A program made the translations under genes and the position numbers. Shown piece by piece: positions 9,457 to 19,469 of a stretch of DNA of 64,000 nucleotides; positions within the stretch are counted from its first letter, which is position 1; each line of letters starts with the position of its first letter. The stretch is from Cryomorphaceae bacterium BACL11 MAG-121001-bin54 (lineage in GTDB: Bacteria; Bacteroidota; Bacteroidia; Flavobacteriales; BACL11): NCBI GenBank assembly GCA_905182255.1, contig CAJJAH010000001.1, positions 345,508 through 409,507 of the forward strand. The letters run 5' to 3'. The notes beneath the pieces are model-generated. The model ran no database searches. It was not told where the DNA came from and worked only from the letters and a program-made list of their open reading frames with translations.

Positions 9457-9966
9457 ATGAAAAACATACTTTCAATACTTCTGGTAGCCTTAACAATTAA
9501 CTTTACAACAGCACAAGAAATAGGATTAAAAATAGGAGATATTGCTCCTGAATTAGCTTATAATAACCCTACAGGAAATATACTTAAATTATCCCAACTA
9601 AAAGGTAAATTGGTGTTGATTGATTTTTGGGCTTCTTGGTGTGGCCCATGCCGAAGAGAAAATCCAAACTTAGTGGACGCTTACCAAAAATACACAAAAG
9701 TAAAATTCAAAAATGGAAATGGATTTGAGATTTTTAGTTTGTCTCTTGATAAAAACAATAACGCTTGGGTAAAAGCAATTAATGATGATCAACTTTTTTG
9801 GGAATACCATGTTTCTGATTTAGGAGGCTGGCAATCAGAGGGGTCAAATAAATATGGTATTCGTTCTATTCCAAGTAACGTACTTATTAACGGTAAAGGA
9901 GTCATTATTGCACTTGATTTAAAAGGCTCTGCACTTAATCGCTTTTTAGAAGGTCAAAAGGAATAA
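9457..9966 (+). CDS. TlpA-family thiol-disulfide oxidoreductase (thioredoxin fold), secreted
   Basis: 169 aa. Signal peptide and FWASWCGPCR active-site motif. Confidence 0.85.
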   Translation: MKNILSILLVALTINFTTAQEIGLKIGDIAPELAYNNPTGNILKLSQLKGKLVLIDFWASWCGPCRRENPNLVDAYQKYTKVKFKNGNGFEIFSLSLDKNNNAWVKAINDDQLFWEYHVSDLGGWQSEGSNKYGIRSIPSNVLINGKGVIIALDLKGSALNRFLEGQKE

Positions 9967-9994
9967 ACTGACAAATTGTCTTTTTCTATCCTCT

Positions 9995-10010
9995 TGGCAA
10001 AATATTTGCA
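9995..10010 (+). promoter_or_regulatory. Candidate sigma-54 (RpoN) -24/-12 promoter element upstream of grpE-dnaJ
   Basis: TGGCAaaatatTTGCA has the GG and GC dinucleotides at the canonical TGGCAC-N5-TTGCA spacing. GC lies 29 nt before the grpE ATG. No TAnnTTTG box is present in this intergenic region. Confidence 0.35.
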
Positions 10011-10037
10011 CTATATAATAGTGTAAAAAAAAATAAA

Positions 10038-10595
10038 ATGAGCAAAAAAAAACAAGCGAAGCAAGAAGTAGCTGAAGAAACAATACAATTAGAAACAGTA
10101 AAATCTGAAGAAAATATTAATCCTTCTGAGGGAGAAGTAAGGGAAGAAGTAATAAAAGAACTTACTTTGGATCAACAGTTAGCAGCTGAAAAAGATAAGA
10201 ATTTGCGTCTATTTGCCGAGTTCGAAAACTTTAGAAGAAGAAATGCCAAAGAAAGAATGGAGTTGTTCGGCACTGCCAACAAAGACATTATGGCCATTTT
10301 ACTGCCAATTCTGGACAATTTTGAGCGTTCTATAAAAGCCAATAACTATTCTGATGAAGACGGGCCAGTACTCATCTACAAACAATTAAAGGCTGAGTTA
10401 GATAAAAAAGGATTAAAAGAAATTGAAGACCCAAATGGCAAAGTATTAGACACCGATTTTCATGAAGCAATAACAAACATTCCTGCACCATCAGAAAAGA
10501 TGAAAGGAAAAATTATTGACACAATTGAAAAAGGATATTTACTAGGTGGAAAAGTACTCCGATATGCTAAAGTGGTAGTTGCAAATAAAGATTAA
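10038..10595 (+). CDS. grpE: Nucleotide exchange factor GrpE
   Basis: 185 aa. RL.AEFENFRRR motif and position immediately upstream of dnaJ. Confidence 0.93.
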   Translation: MSKKKQAKQEVAEETIQLETVKSEENINPSEGEVREEVIKELTLDQQLAAEKDKNLRLFAEFENFRRRNAKERMELFGTANKDIMAILLPILDNFERSIKANNYSDEDGPVLIYKQLKAELDKKGLKEIEDPNGKVLDTDFHEAITNIPAPSEKMKGKIIDTIEKGYLLGGKVLRYAKVVVANKD

Positions 10596-10598
10596 AAC

Positions 10599-11708
10599 AT
10601 GTCAAAAAGAGATTATTACGAAACATTAGGTGTTAGTCAAAATGCTGAAACCAAAGAAATTAAAAAAGCGTACAGAAAATTAGCGGTTAAGTATCATCCT
10701 GATAAAAACCCTGACAATAAAGAGGCTGAAAACAAATTTAAAGAAGCTGCTGAGGCTTACGATGTACTAAGTAGCCCAGAAAAGAAACAAAAATATGACC
10801 AATACGGCCATGCAGGAATGGGAGGATCTTCAGGTGGTTTTGGTGGAGGAGGAATGAACATGGACGACATCTTCAGTCAGTTTGGAGATGTATTTGGCGG
10901 AGGTGGTTTCGGTGGAGGTGGAAGAAGTAGGGGAAGAAGAGTAGCAAAAGGAACTAACCTTAGGATTCGTTTATCATTAAGCCTTAAAGAAATAGCTGAA
11001 GGAGTAGAGAAAAAAATAAAAGTAAGTCGATTAGTAAATGCTGATGGAGTTACTTACAATACATGTAATACATGTAATGGAAGTGGTCAAGTTACGCGAA
11101 TTAGCAATACCATTCTAGGGCAAATGCAAACAGCAAGCCCATGTCCTCATTGTAATGGAAATGGTAAAAGCATTGATAAACGTCCACAAGGAACTGATGC
11201 TAATGGTATGTTAAAAGAAAGTGAGACGGTAACAATCACTATTCCAGCAGGAGTTGAGGATGGCATGCAACTAAAAGTAAGCGGCAAAGGAAATGACGCT
11301 CCAATGGAAGGTGTAAATGGAGATTTAATTGTTTTAATTCATGTTGAAGAACATTCTCAACTTGTAAGAGATGGTCAAAACCTACATTTTGATCATTATA
11401 TTAGCTTTAATGATGCTGCTCTTGGGACAAATACTGAAATTCCTACTATTAGCGGAAAGGTTAAAATTAAATTAGAAGAAGGAATCCAGAGCGGAAAAAT
11501 ATTACGTTTAAAAGGTAAGGGATTACCTTCTGTTAATAGTTATGGAACTGGTGATTTACTTATCCACATTAATGTTTGGACGCCACAGAAATTAACTAAG
11601 GAAGAAAAAGAATTTTTTGAAAAATTCAAAAAATCAGAATCCTTCACTCCAAAGCCTACTGGAAAAGATAAATCTTTTTTTGATAGAGTAAAGGAAATGT
11701 TTGGTTAA
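10599..11708 (+). CDS. dnaJ: Molecular chaperone DnaJ
   Basis: 369 aa. J domain ([13 protein letters not shown]), G/F-rich linker, and a Cys-rich zinc-finger region ([16 protein letters not shown]). Confidence 0.95.
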   Translation: MSKRDYYETLGVSQNAETKEIKKAYRKLAVKYHPDKNPDNKEAENKFKEAAEAYDVLSSPEKKQKYDQYGHAGMGGSSGGFGGGGMNMDDIFSQFGDVFGGGGFGGGGRSRGRRVAKGTNLRIRLSLSLKEIAEGVEKKIKVSRLVNADGVTYNTCNTCNGSGQVTRISNTILGQMQTASPCPHCNGNGKSIDKRPQGTDANGMLKESETVTITIPAGVEDGMQLKVSGKGNDAPMEGVNGDLIVLIHVEEHSQLVRDGQNLHFDHYISFNDAALGTNTEIPTISGKVKIKLEEGIQSGKILRLKGKGLPSVNSYGTGDLLIHINVWTPQKLTKEEKEFFEKFKKSESFTPKPTGKDKSFFDRVKEMFG

Positions 11709-12606
11709 AATGAATGAGCCAATATTCATAGCAAAAGATGTTGTTAAGGAATACGGAAACTATATTGCACTCAACAAGGTAAACATAACTGTACCTAAAG
11801 GAAGTATTTACGGTTTATTAGGTCCAAATGGTGCTGGTAAAACTACCCTAATGCGCATCATTAATCAAATTACAGCTCCAGATAGCGGTATATTAATCTT
11901 TGATGGCACTCCCTTAAGCAAATACCATATTTCAGATATTGGCTATCTACCAGAAGAAAGAGGTCTTTATAAAAAAATGAAAGTTGGTGAACAGGCTCTT
12001 TATCTAGCTCAATTAAAAGGAATGCCGTATGATGAAGCCTTAGAAAAATTAAAATTTTGGTTTGAAAAACTAGACATCCTAAGTTGGTGGAATAAAAAAG
12101 TAGAAGAACTTAGTAAAGGAATGGCACAAAAAATTCAGTTTGTGGTAACTGTAATTCATGAACCGAAACTGTTAATTTTTGATGAGCCCTTTAGCGGATT
12201 TGACCCTATAAATGCAGCTATCATACGTAGAGAAATTTTAGAACTGAGCAAAAATGGAACTACTATTATTTTCTCTACTCATAGAATGGAATCAGTTGAA
12301 GAAATTTGTGACCACATTGCTCTAATCAATAAAGCACAAACAATACTTGAGGGTCCAATTGAAGAAATAAAAAAACAATTCGCTAATAATTCTTACGAGG
12401 TAATTACGACAGGTGAGTCGTTAAATGAAAACGATTTTTTTTCAATCATTAATCATAATGAAACCAACTACAGCCTTCTTTTAAAAGAAGGAAAAACTCA
12501 GAAAGAGGCTTTGCAAAGCATTATTCAGCAGACTGAAATTATTTCTTTCAGAAAAAAAATACCAAGCATGGAGGAAATCTTTATAAAAGCGATAAAGAAT
12601 GCGTAA
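11701..12606 (+). CDS. ABC transporter ATP-binding protein (ABC-2 type)
   Basis: Walker [10 protein letters not shown], signature LSKGMAQK, Walker B LLIFDEP. Overlaps the dnaJ stop by 8 nt. Confidence 0.88.
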   Translation: MVKMNEPIFIAKDVVKEYGNYIALNKVNITVPKGSIYGLLGPNGAGKTTLMRIINQITAPDSGILIFDGTPLSKYHISDIGYLPEERGLYKKMKVGEQALYLAQLKGMPYDEALEKLKFWFEKLDILSWWNKKVEELSKGMAQKIQFVVTVIHEPKLLIFDEPFSGFDPINAAIIRREILELSKNGTTIIFSTHRMESVEEICDHIALINKAQTILEGPIEEIKKQFANNSYEVITTGESLNENDFFSIINHNETNYSLLLKEGKTQKEALQSIIQQTEIISFRKKIPSMEEIFIKAIKNA

Positions 12607-13864
12607 AATTTGGCTCATAATAAAAAGAGAATATCTAGTGCGTGTTCGCAAGAAATCATTTATAATAATGACAATTGTTGGACCACTGCTTATGGCGGCA
12701 TTAATGGTAGTCCCAACTTATTTAGCTAATGAAACACAAGAGCTAAGAAATATAGCGATTGAAGAGGATGGTTTTGAATTTACTAACAAGATTGAAGACA
12801 CTGATCTTTTACATTTTTCCAAGATACCAACTGAAGAGGCAATACTTTTAAAAAATAATTTTTCTGAAAGTAATTATTACGCACTTCTAAATATAGAAAG
12901 AGATAATTTCACTCTTTATTCCGATCAACAAATTAGTTTATCAGTTAGTAATTCTATAGAAAAGCAACTGGAAGAAATTATTGAACATCAAAAACTAAAA
13001 GCAGCAGGTATTGACCTTGATATACTCTCAAAGGCCGAAAGTTCAGTTCAGATTACAACCAAAATAATTTCTAAAGATGGAAATACAACTAATTCACAAG
13101 CTGAAGCAAGTATGGGAATTGGCTTTATTTGCGGTATTCTTATCTATATATTCATCTTTATGTACGGCACGATGGTCATGAGAGGGGTCATTGAAGAGAA
13201 AACAAGTCGTATTGTTGAGGTCATTATTTCTTCAGTAAAACCTTTTCAATTAATGATGGGAAAAATACTTGGAGTTGCACTAGTTGGGCTTACCCAATTT
13301 GCACTGTGGATTCTTCTTACCATTGCTATTGCTAGCGTTGCGGAACTTATGTTTATGGATACAAGTAGTATAGCGTCTGAAATAAATTCCACCGACCAAT
13401 CTATTCTTATAAGTAAAATAAGTAATCTTGCTAGCGGGATAAATCTTGTGCAAATATTTTTTTCTTTTATCTTTTATTTTTTAGCTGGCTACCTTATGTA
13501 TAGCTCATTGTTTGCTGCAGTGGGTTCGGCTGTTGATGCTGAAGCTGACAGCCAGCAATTTGTATTACCGATTACCATTCCTCTAATACTAGCATTTATA
13601 CTGATTCAACCTATAATGGAAAACCCAGATGGAATTCTAGCCTTTTGGATGAGTATCATTCCCTTTACTTCTCCAGTTATCATGATGGTGCGTTTACCTT
13701 TTGGAGTTGCTAATTGGGAACTAGCCCTCTCTATGGTTGTATTAGTTCTCTCTTTTATACTTACCACACAGCTAGCGGGGAAAATATACCGTACAGGAAT
13801 ACTTATGTATGGTAAAAAAACCAGCTACAAAGAGCTGTGGAAGTGGCTATTTTACAAAGAATAG
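12599..13864 (+). CDS. ABC-2 family transporter permease
   Basis: 421 aa. One N-terminal TM, a large extracytoplasmic loop, then about 5 C-terminal TM segments. Start overlaps the ATPase gene by 8 nt. Confidence 0.8.
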   Translation: MRKIWLIIKREYLVRVRKKSFIIMTIVGPLLMAALMVVPTYLANETQELRNIAIEEDGFEFTNKIEDTDLLHFSKIPTEEAILLKNNFSESNYYALLNIERDNFTLYSDQQISLSVSNSIEKQLEEIIEHQKLKAAGIDLDILSKAESSVQITTKIISKDGNTTNSQAEASMGIGFICGILIYIFIFMYGTMVMRGVIEEKTSRIVEVIISSVKPFQLMMGKILGVALVGLTQFALWILLTIAIASVAELMFMDTSSIASEINSTDQSILISKISNLASGINLVQIFFSFIFYFLAGYLMYSSLFAAVGSAVDAEADSQQFVLPITIPLILAFILIQPIMENPDGILAFWMSIIPFTSPVIMMVRLPFGVANWELALSMVVLVLSFILTTQLAGKIYRTGILMYGKKTSYKELWKWLFYKE

Positions 13865-14036
13865 CAAGATTTTATTGTTATTTTCACTCATTTTGGTCTT
13901 AAAAAATAAAATATCACCTATTATTCAATAAATATTTAACAACTTAAAGTGTTTATTTTCAATGAATTAAGTACAATGCAAACATTTAAATGTTAAAAAG
14001 ATGCGTTTTTTTTAGGTGTTAATTGTTAAAGAGGTT

Positions 14037-14044
14037 TATCTTTG
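14037..14044 (+). promoter_or_regulatory. Putative -7 box (TAnnTTTG) for the acidic outer-membrane protein gene
   Basis: TATCTTTG, 28 nt upstream of the ATG at 14073. Followed after 6 nt by TATTAATCAT, a motif shared with the next gene's leader. Confidence 0.5.
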
Positions 14045-14072
14045 CCACCGTATTAATCATAAAAAAAGAAAA

Positions 14073-15152
14073 ATGAAAAAAAATTTACGTAACATATTAG
14101 TCTTAGCAATGGGATTAATGACAACAGTATCTTTTGCTCAAGACTGGAATGCAGATTCTAGAACGAGAATTGATATGAGTGAAGCAAACAGTAAAGCTGT
14201 TGAGGGAGACATGATGTCAACTTCACAAAGAGCAACTGTAGGTGCTACATGGGGAGGTTCTGACTGGTCAATCCATGCTTCTTCTGATGTAAACTATACG
14301 TTTACAGATGGGACATCTGGAGTATTATCTGCTAAAGTTTATGAAGCTTACGCTTCTACTGACTTAATGGGTTATGCTAGTGTAACTGCAGGTCGTCAAG
14401 CATTAGACTATGGATCAGGAGCTATTATGTCTTCTAACCAATGGGGTGCAGACAGAAAGACTTGGGATGGGTTCACTTTTGGACTTAATCTTGATATGGC
14501 TGATGTAACTTTAGGTTACGCTTCTTCAACAGATTCTATTTCTGGTGAAAATGGTAGTAACTCAAAAATGTGGTTAAATGCTGCTAAAGCTGAAGGTGAC
14601 TGGAACGCTAACTTACTTTACATGTCTACTACTACAGGTGCTGCTGATGCTGTAAATGCAATGGGTCTTGATTTGTCTTACGCTTTGATGGGTGGTGACT
14701 TAAACTTAAACGTTTCTTACAATACAGCTGATGCTCTTGATGGTGGTGATAAAGATATGGACATGACTATGATAGGTGCAACTTACAATGTTAATGAATC
14801 AATGTCAATTTCTGGAAGTCAAACAACTTACGGAGAAAACGGATTTGATGTAGGAAGTGCTAGTATGCAAGGTTATAACGCAAGTGGTAGCTTAGGTTAC
14901 TTAGGTCCTGATGACGTAAACATGGCAATAGGAGGTTCTTATGCAATGGGTGATTTCACTTTAGGAGCAACTATGAATATGATTACTAATGAAGGAGTTG
15001 ATGGATCTGTAGTAGAAGATAGAGATGTTATGGATATTTCTGTAGGATATACTATGAGTGCGAACGCTAACTTATCATTAAGTATGGCAACTGATACTCA
15101 AGGTGAATCAGAAACTAATTACATGTGGATTACTTTAAACGTAATGCCGTAA
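14073..15152 (+). CDS. Putative outer-membrane beta-barrel / porin-like protein, very acidic and Met/Gly/Asp/Ser-rich
   Basis: I prefer the ATG at 14073 (MKKNLRNILVLAMGLMTTVSFAQ signal peptide) over the track's GTG at 14016, which lies upstream of the predicted -7 box. Alternating amphipathic strands. No family recognised. Confidence 0.6.
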   Translation: MKKNLRNILVLAMGLMTTVSFAQDWNADSRTRIDMSEANSKAVEGDMMSTSQRATVGATWGGSDWSIHASSDVNYTFTDGTSGVLSAKVYEAYASTDLMGYASVTAGRQALDYGSGAIMSSNQWGADRKTWDGFTFGLNLDMADVTLGYASSTDSISGENGSNSKMWLNAAKAEGDWNANLLYMSTTTGAADAVNAMGLDLSYALMGGDLNLNVSYNTADALDGGDKDMDMTMIGATYNVNESMSISGSQTTYGENGFDVGSASMQGYNASGSLGYLGPDDVNMAIGGSYAMGDFTLGATMNMITNEGVDGSVVEDRDVMDISVGYTMSANANLSLSMATDTQGESETNYMWITLNVMP

Positions 15153-15175
15153 TTACCATCTGGTAAAAAATATTT

Positions 15176-15204
15176 AAAGGGCTGCTTTTTGCAGCCCTTT
15201 TTTT
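15176..15204 (+). terminator. Rho-independent terminator
   Basis: aaaGGGCTGC-ttttt-GCAGCCC followed by TTTTTTT, 24 nt after the stop at 15152. Confidence 0.8.
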
Positions 15205-15282
15205 ATGTTAAAAAAAAATACAACTAACAAAGTACTGTTAAGAAGTGGAGTATTATTTTGCGTAAATTATCTAGAGCTTCAC

Positions 15283-15290
15283 TATCTTGC
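15283..15290 (+). promoter_or_regulatory. Putative imperfect -7 box (TATCTTGC)
   Basis: One mismatch to TAnnTTTG. Same layout as at 14037: box, 6 nt, TATTAATCAT, A-rich leader, ATG. Confidence 0.35.
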
Positions 15291-15319
15291 GCCCATTATT
15301 AATCATTAAAACTTAAAAA

Positions 15320-15748
15320 ATGAAAAAGGTATTATTAACAGCAGTTGTTGCTATGTCAACGCTTGTAGCTTCTGCACAATTTATGGTTGTTACCACTTAT
15401 GATGGCGACCAAGAAGAAAATGCAGATAAGATTACTGCTAACTTAGGGCTTGGTTACATGGTGAATGATGCATTTACTGTAGGTTTAGTTAAAGGGGCAG
15501 TTAACGCAAAAGGAGATGAGACTTTTGACTTATGGGCACGTTACAATATTGCTCAAGTAGAAGGTTCTTATGCATCATTACAAATGCCAACTGAAGATGG
15601 ATCAGATAACATGAGAATTGGTGTTGGGTTTGCTTTTAATGTATGGAATGGTCTTTACATTGAGCCAAACTATACTATGCCAACAAGTGAAGACGAAGCT
15701 GGTGAAAGAGAAGGAACATTTAACTTCGGACTTTCTTACAGATTCTAA
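15320..15748 (+). CDS. Small outer-membrane beta-barrel protein
   Basis: 142 aa. Signal peptide MKKVLLTAVVAMSTLVASAQ, alternating beta-strand pattern, C-terminal GLSYRF aromatic terminus. Confidence 0.6.
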   Translation: MKKVLLTAVVAMSTLVASAQFMVVTTYDGDQEENADKITANLGLGYMVNDAFTVGLVKGAVNAKGDETFDLWARYNIAQVEGSYASLQMPTEDGSDNMRIGVGFAFNVWNGLYIEPNYTMPTSEDEAGEREGTFNFGLSYRF

Positions 15749-15770
15749 GAAATTAAATTCTTAAATAATA

Positions 15771-15798
15771 AAAAGCCAGCTAATTAGCTGGCTTTTTT
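15771..15798. terminator. Bidirectional rho-independent terminator between convergent genes
   Basis: aaaAGCCAGC-taatta-GCTGGCTttttt: perfect 7-bp stem with an A-run on one side and a T-run on the other. It lies between the stop at 15748 (+) and the alaS stop at 15800 (-). Confidence 0.8.
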
Positions 15799-15799
15799 A

Positions 15800-18394
15800 T
15801 TATCCTAACATTTCTTTTGCTTTTTCCAAAGCATCAACAATACCGCTTGGCTTAATACCCCCAGCAGTAGCGAAGAAAGCTTGTCCACCTCCACCTCCAT
15901 CTATCTCTTTGGCAATCAATCTTATCATAGCTCCTGCATTATAACCTTTAGCTACCACATCATCTGTGAGCATAACAGTAAGTAGGGCCTTTTCACCCAC
16001 CTTAGCAGCTAATACCATTACCAAGTTTTTCTCTTTCCTTAAAGCAAAAGATACATTCTTCATGTCCTCCGCATCCATAAGCACCTGCTTAGAAATAAAA
16101 CGAATATTGTTCACATCAATTACATCTTTTAATAAATCCGCCTTCACATTTCCTTCATTAGATTTTTTAAAAGTTGAAATTTGTTTCTCTAGAATCTTGT
16201 TAGTTGTAATTAATTGCTCCACTCCCTTTTTCAAATCCTTATTTCTAACAACATTAGCAATTTCATTTAGTAACTCCTCTTTTTTATTTAGGTGGGCTAA
16301 GGCACTGATTCCAGTTATAGCTTCAATCCTTCTAATACCTGACGAAGTAGATCCTTCAGATAAAATTTTAAACAAACCTATCTCTCCAGTTGCTTTTACA
16401 TGTGTTCCCCCACACAACTCCTTAGAGGAATCAAACTGAATCATACGCACAACATCATCATATTTTTCGCCAAACAACATAATAGCGCCCATATCTTCAG
16501 CCTTGGATAAAGGCAAATCAACATGTTCATTCAAATTGATATTTGCTAATATCTTAGAATTTACATCTGATTCAATTTTATATAAATCAGATTTTTCTAT
16601 TTTAGAAAAGTGTGTAAAATCAAAACGCATATAGTTAGGATTAACTAATGAACCCTTCTGTACTACATGCTCTCCTAAAACCATTCTTAAACTCTCATGC
16701 AGAAGATGAGTTGCAGTATGATTTCTTTCACTAGCTTTTCTATCGGAAGCATTTACTTTTGCTACAAAACTAGCATTTACATCTTTTGGTAACTCATCAA
16801 TAAAATGAACTATTAAATTATTTTCTTTTTTTGTGTCAACTACAGCAATAGTTTCTTTTTGGGATTCAATTACACCTGTATCCCCTACTTGCCCACCCCC
16901 TTCAGGATAAAATGGGGTTAAATTAAATACCAGCTGATATTGCTGTCCATCATTTGTTTTTATTCTACGATAACGAGTAATTTTTACTTCAGTTTCTAGA
17001 AAAGTATAGCCTATAAACTCTTCCACTTCATCATTTAATAAAACTTTCCAGTCACCTTTCTCTATTTTTCCTGACTTTTTGGATCTATCTTTTTGTTCTT
17101 GCATTGCTATATCAAAATCAGTTTGATTAAAACTTAAATTTTGTTCACTTAGTATTAGTGAAGTTAAATCAGAAGGAAAACCATAAGTGTCATACAACTC
17201 AAAAATTTGTTTTCCTGCAATTTCTCCTTTAGCATTTTTACTGATTTGCTCAATTCTTTTTAAACCATCTTCTAATGTTCTTAAAAATGATTCCTCTTCC
17301 TCTTTTACAACTTTCTTAATCAAATCTTTTTGTGCCTTAAGCTCGATAAATTGTGAACCCATTTGATTAACTAATACCTCAACAAGTTCATACATAAAAG
17401 CATTTTTAAGCTTAAGAAAAGTATATCCGTACCTAACTGCTCTTCTTAAAATCCTGCGAATGACATAGCCTGCCTTTGCGTTAGAGGGTAACTGACCATC
17501 AGCAATAGAAAAAGCAATAGCACGAACATGATCAGCAATAACACGCATAGCAATGTCTTGTTTTTCATTTACTCCATACTTTACATTAGCACTTTTAGCA
17601 ATAGCTTGAATAATTGGCTGAAAAATATCAGTATCATAATTAGATTTCACTCCTTGAATTATCATAGCTAGTCTCTCAAACCCCATACCAGTATCTACAT
17701 GAGAATTAGGTAAAGACTTTAAACTCCCATCTGCAAAACGACTATATTGCATAAATACTAGATTCCAAATCTCAATTACTTGTGGATGATCTTCATTTAC
17801 TAAATCTGCACCATTCACTTTTTCCCTTTCGGAATCAGTTCTATTGTCAAAATGAATTTCAGAACAAGGACCACAAGGGCCTGTCTCTCCCATTTCCCAA
17901 AAATTATCCTCTTTATTTCCATTAAGAATTCTATCCTCCGGCAAATACTTAGCCCACACATTTAAAGCATCAATATCTTTTTCAAGATTATCTTCTGCTG
18001 AGCCTTCAAAAACAGAAACATACAGCCTATTCTTATCCAACTTACATACATCAGTCAAAAACTCCCAAGCCCAGCTAATTGCCTCTTCTTTAAAGTAATC
18101 ACCAAAACTCCATGAACCGAGCATTTCAAACATAGTATGGTGATAAGTATCATGACCAACCTCTTCCAAATCATTATGTTTTCCAGAAACACGCAAGCAT
18201 TTTTGGGAATTAACAACTCGTAAGCTAGTGGGCACAGAGTCCCCTAAAAAAACATCTTTAAATTGATTCATTCCTGCATTGGTAAACATCAAAGTAGGGT
18301 CATTTTTAACTACTATTGGTGCTGATGAAACAATTTTATGTTCTTTCGATTGGAAAAAATCTAAGTATAACTTTCTGAGTGTGTTGGCTTTCAT
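15800..18394 (-). CDS. alaS: Alanine--tRNA ligase
   Basis: 864 aa. FF..KEH..V.S..IV..NDPTL.FTNAGMNQFK start, editing-domain HTATHLLH motif, C-terminal DHHA1-like GGGGG. Confidence 0.96.
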   Translation of the reverse strand: MKANTLRKLYLDFFQSKEHKIVSSAPIVVKNDPTLMFTNAGMNQFKDVFLGDSVPTSLRVVNSQKCLRVSGKHNDLEEVGHDTYHHTMFEMLGSWSFGDYFKEEAISWAWEFLTDVCKLDKNRLYVSVFEGSAEDNLEKDIDALNVWAKYLPEDRILNGNKEDNFWEMGETGPCGPCSEIHFDNRTDSEREKVNGADLVNEDHPQVIEIWNLVFMQYSRFADGSLKSLPNSHVDTGMGFERLAMIIQGVKSNYDTDIFQPIIQAIAKSANVKYGVNEKQDIAMRVIADHVRAIAFSIADGQLPSNAKAGYVIRRILRRAVRYGYTFLKLKNAFMYELVEVLVNQMGSQFIELKAQKDLIKKVVKEEEESFLRTLEDGLKRIEQISKNAKGEIAGKQIFELYDTYGFPSDLTSLILSEQNLSFNQTDFDIAMQEQKDRSKKSGKIEKGDWKVLLNDEVEEFIGYTFLETEVKITRYRRIKTNDGQQYQLVFNLTPFYPEGGGQVGDTGVIESQKETIAVVDTKKENNLIVHFIDELPKDVNASFVAKVNASDRKASERNHTATHLLHESLRMVLGEHVVQKGSLVNPNYMRFDFTHFSKIEKSDLYKIESDVNSKILANINLNEHVDLPLSKAEDMGAIMLFGEKYDDVVRMIQFDSSKELCGGTHVKATGEIGLFKILSEGSTSSGIRRIEAITGISALAHLNKKEELLNEIANVVRNKDLKKGVEQLITTNKILEKQISTFKKSNEGNVKADLLKDVIDVNNIRFISKQVLMDAEDMKNVSFALRKEKNLVMVLAAKVGEKALLTVMLTDDVVAKGYNAGAMIRLIAKEIDGGGGGQAFFATAGGIKPSGIVDALEKAKEMLG

Positions 18395-18473
18395 TTTTAA
18401 TCTTTATTCTTACAATTCACAATAAGTTGTTAGGAATCAGCAGCATTTCATATATTATCTAATGTTAAATCCT

Positions 18474-18481
18474 TAAGTTTG
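18474..18481 (+). promoter_or_regulatory. Putative -7 box (TAnnTTTG)
   Basis: TAAGTTTG, 16 nt upstream of the ATG at 18498. Confidence 0.45.
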
Positions 18482-18497
18482 CCACAATAATTTTAAC

Positions 18498-19469
18498 ATG
18501 GCTAAAGTAAAATATTATTACGATACTAAAACACTAAGTTACAAACGAATTGAACTTAGTGGATTAAATAAATTAAAACGTTTCTTTTATTTCTTAATAG
18601 GAAGCGCTTTTACTGGACTTATAATGGTTATCATTTTTTTTCAGTTTTTTGATAGCCCAAAGGAAAAAAGACTAAATAGAGAAATTGATGCACTCACCTC
18701 TCAATATGAAATAGTAGAAGATAAACTAAGCCAAGTAGAATTAGTGCTAGATGATGTTCAAAATCGTGATGACAATATTTATAGAGTCATATTTGAAGCT
18801 GACCCAATTCCTAAATCAATCAGAAAAGCAGGTTATGGAGGTATTAATCGTTATGAAAATTTAAAAGGATTTAATAATTCTGAGCTTATAATTAATACAA
18901 GCGAAAAAGTAGATCAGATTTCAAAACAACTATATATTCAATCAAAATCTTTTGATGATATTATTGAATTAGCAAAAAATAAGGCAGATATGCTAGCTGC
19001 ATTACCAGCAATCCAACCTGTATCCAACAAAAACCTAAGTCGAATGGCCAGTGGATATGGATATCGCATACATCCAATTTATAAAACTAGAAAGCTACAT
19101 ACTGGTATGGATTTTTCAGCAAAAACAGGCACGCCAATTTATGCTACTGGTGATGGGAAAATTTCAAAAGTAAGGCGAAGCAGAAGAGGCTATGGAAATC
19201 ACGTTATAATTGACCATGGCTATGGATACAAAACTTTGTATGCACACATGAAAAAATATTCGGTGAAAAAAGGACAAAAAGTAAAAAGAGGAGAAGTCAT
19301 TGGATATGTTGGTAGTACTGGAACTTCAGTCGCACCACACTTACACTATGAGGTACACAAGGATGGAAAAAAGATAAACCCTGTTAATTTTTACTTTAAT
19401 GATCTCAATCCTGAGGAATACGAAAAGATGTTAGAAATTTCTTCTCAGAATAATCAATCATTCGACTAA
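18498..19469 (+). CDS. M23 family metallopeptidase (membrane anchored)
   Basis: 323 aa. N-terminal TM segment. HTGMDF...GNHVIIDHG...YAHM...GSTGTSVAPHLHYEV are the LytM/M23 catalytic motifs. Confidence 0.88.
   Translation: MAKVKYYYDTKTLSYKRIELSGLNKLKRFFYFLIGSAFTGLIMVIIFFQFFDSPKEKRLNREIDALTSQYEIVEDKLSQVELVLDDVQNRDDNIYRVIFEADPIPKSIRKAGYGGINRYENLKGFNNSELIINTSEKVDQISKQLYIQSKSFDDIIELAKNKADMLAALPAIQPVSNKNLSRMASGYGYRIHPIYKTRKLHTGMDFSAKTGTPIYATGDGKISKVRRSRRGYGNHVIIDHGYGYKTLYAHMKKYSVKKGQKVKRGEVIGYVGSTGTSVAPHLHYEVHKDGKKINPVNFYFNDLNPEEYEKMLEISSQNNQSFD

Noticed and set aside
9967-9990. A possible terminator (GACA-aat-TGTC followed by TTTTT) after the tlpA-like gene.
   Set aside because: The stem is only 4 bp with a 3-nt loop, which is too weak to call. 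It is mentioned only because it precedes the sigma-54-like element.
14016-14072. N-terminal extensions offered by the ORF track (14016, 20781, 21115, 62401, 63469).
   Set aside because: In each case a downstream start gives a canonical N-terminus: a signal peptide, a Rossmann GxGxxG start, HAD motif I, or MCE KKIEHIGIAV. The extension either overlaps a neighbouring gene or contains the predicted -7 promoter box.
15966-16439. Long antisense ORFs inside essential genes: 157 aa in alaS, 156 aa at 22842..23312 and 126 aa at 24546..24926 in secA, and others of 60 to 90 aa.
   Set aside because: These are shadow ORFs typical of AT-rich genomes, with low-complexity Ser/Phe/Ile/Leu-rich translations. 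They are fully nested in well-supported genes on the opposite strand.
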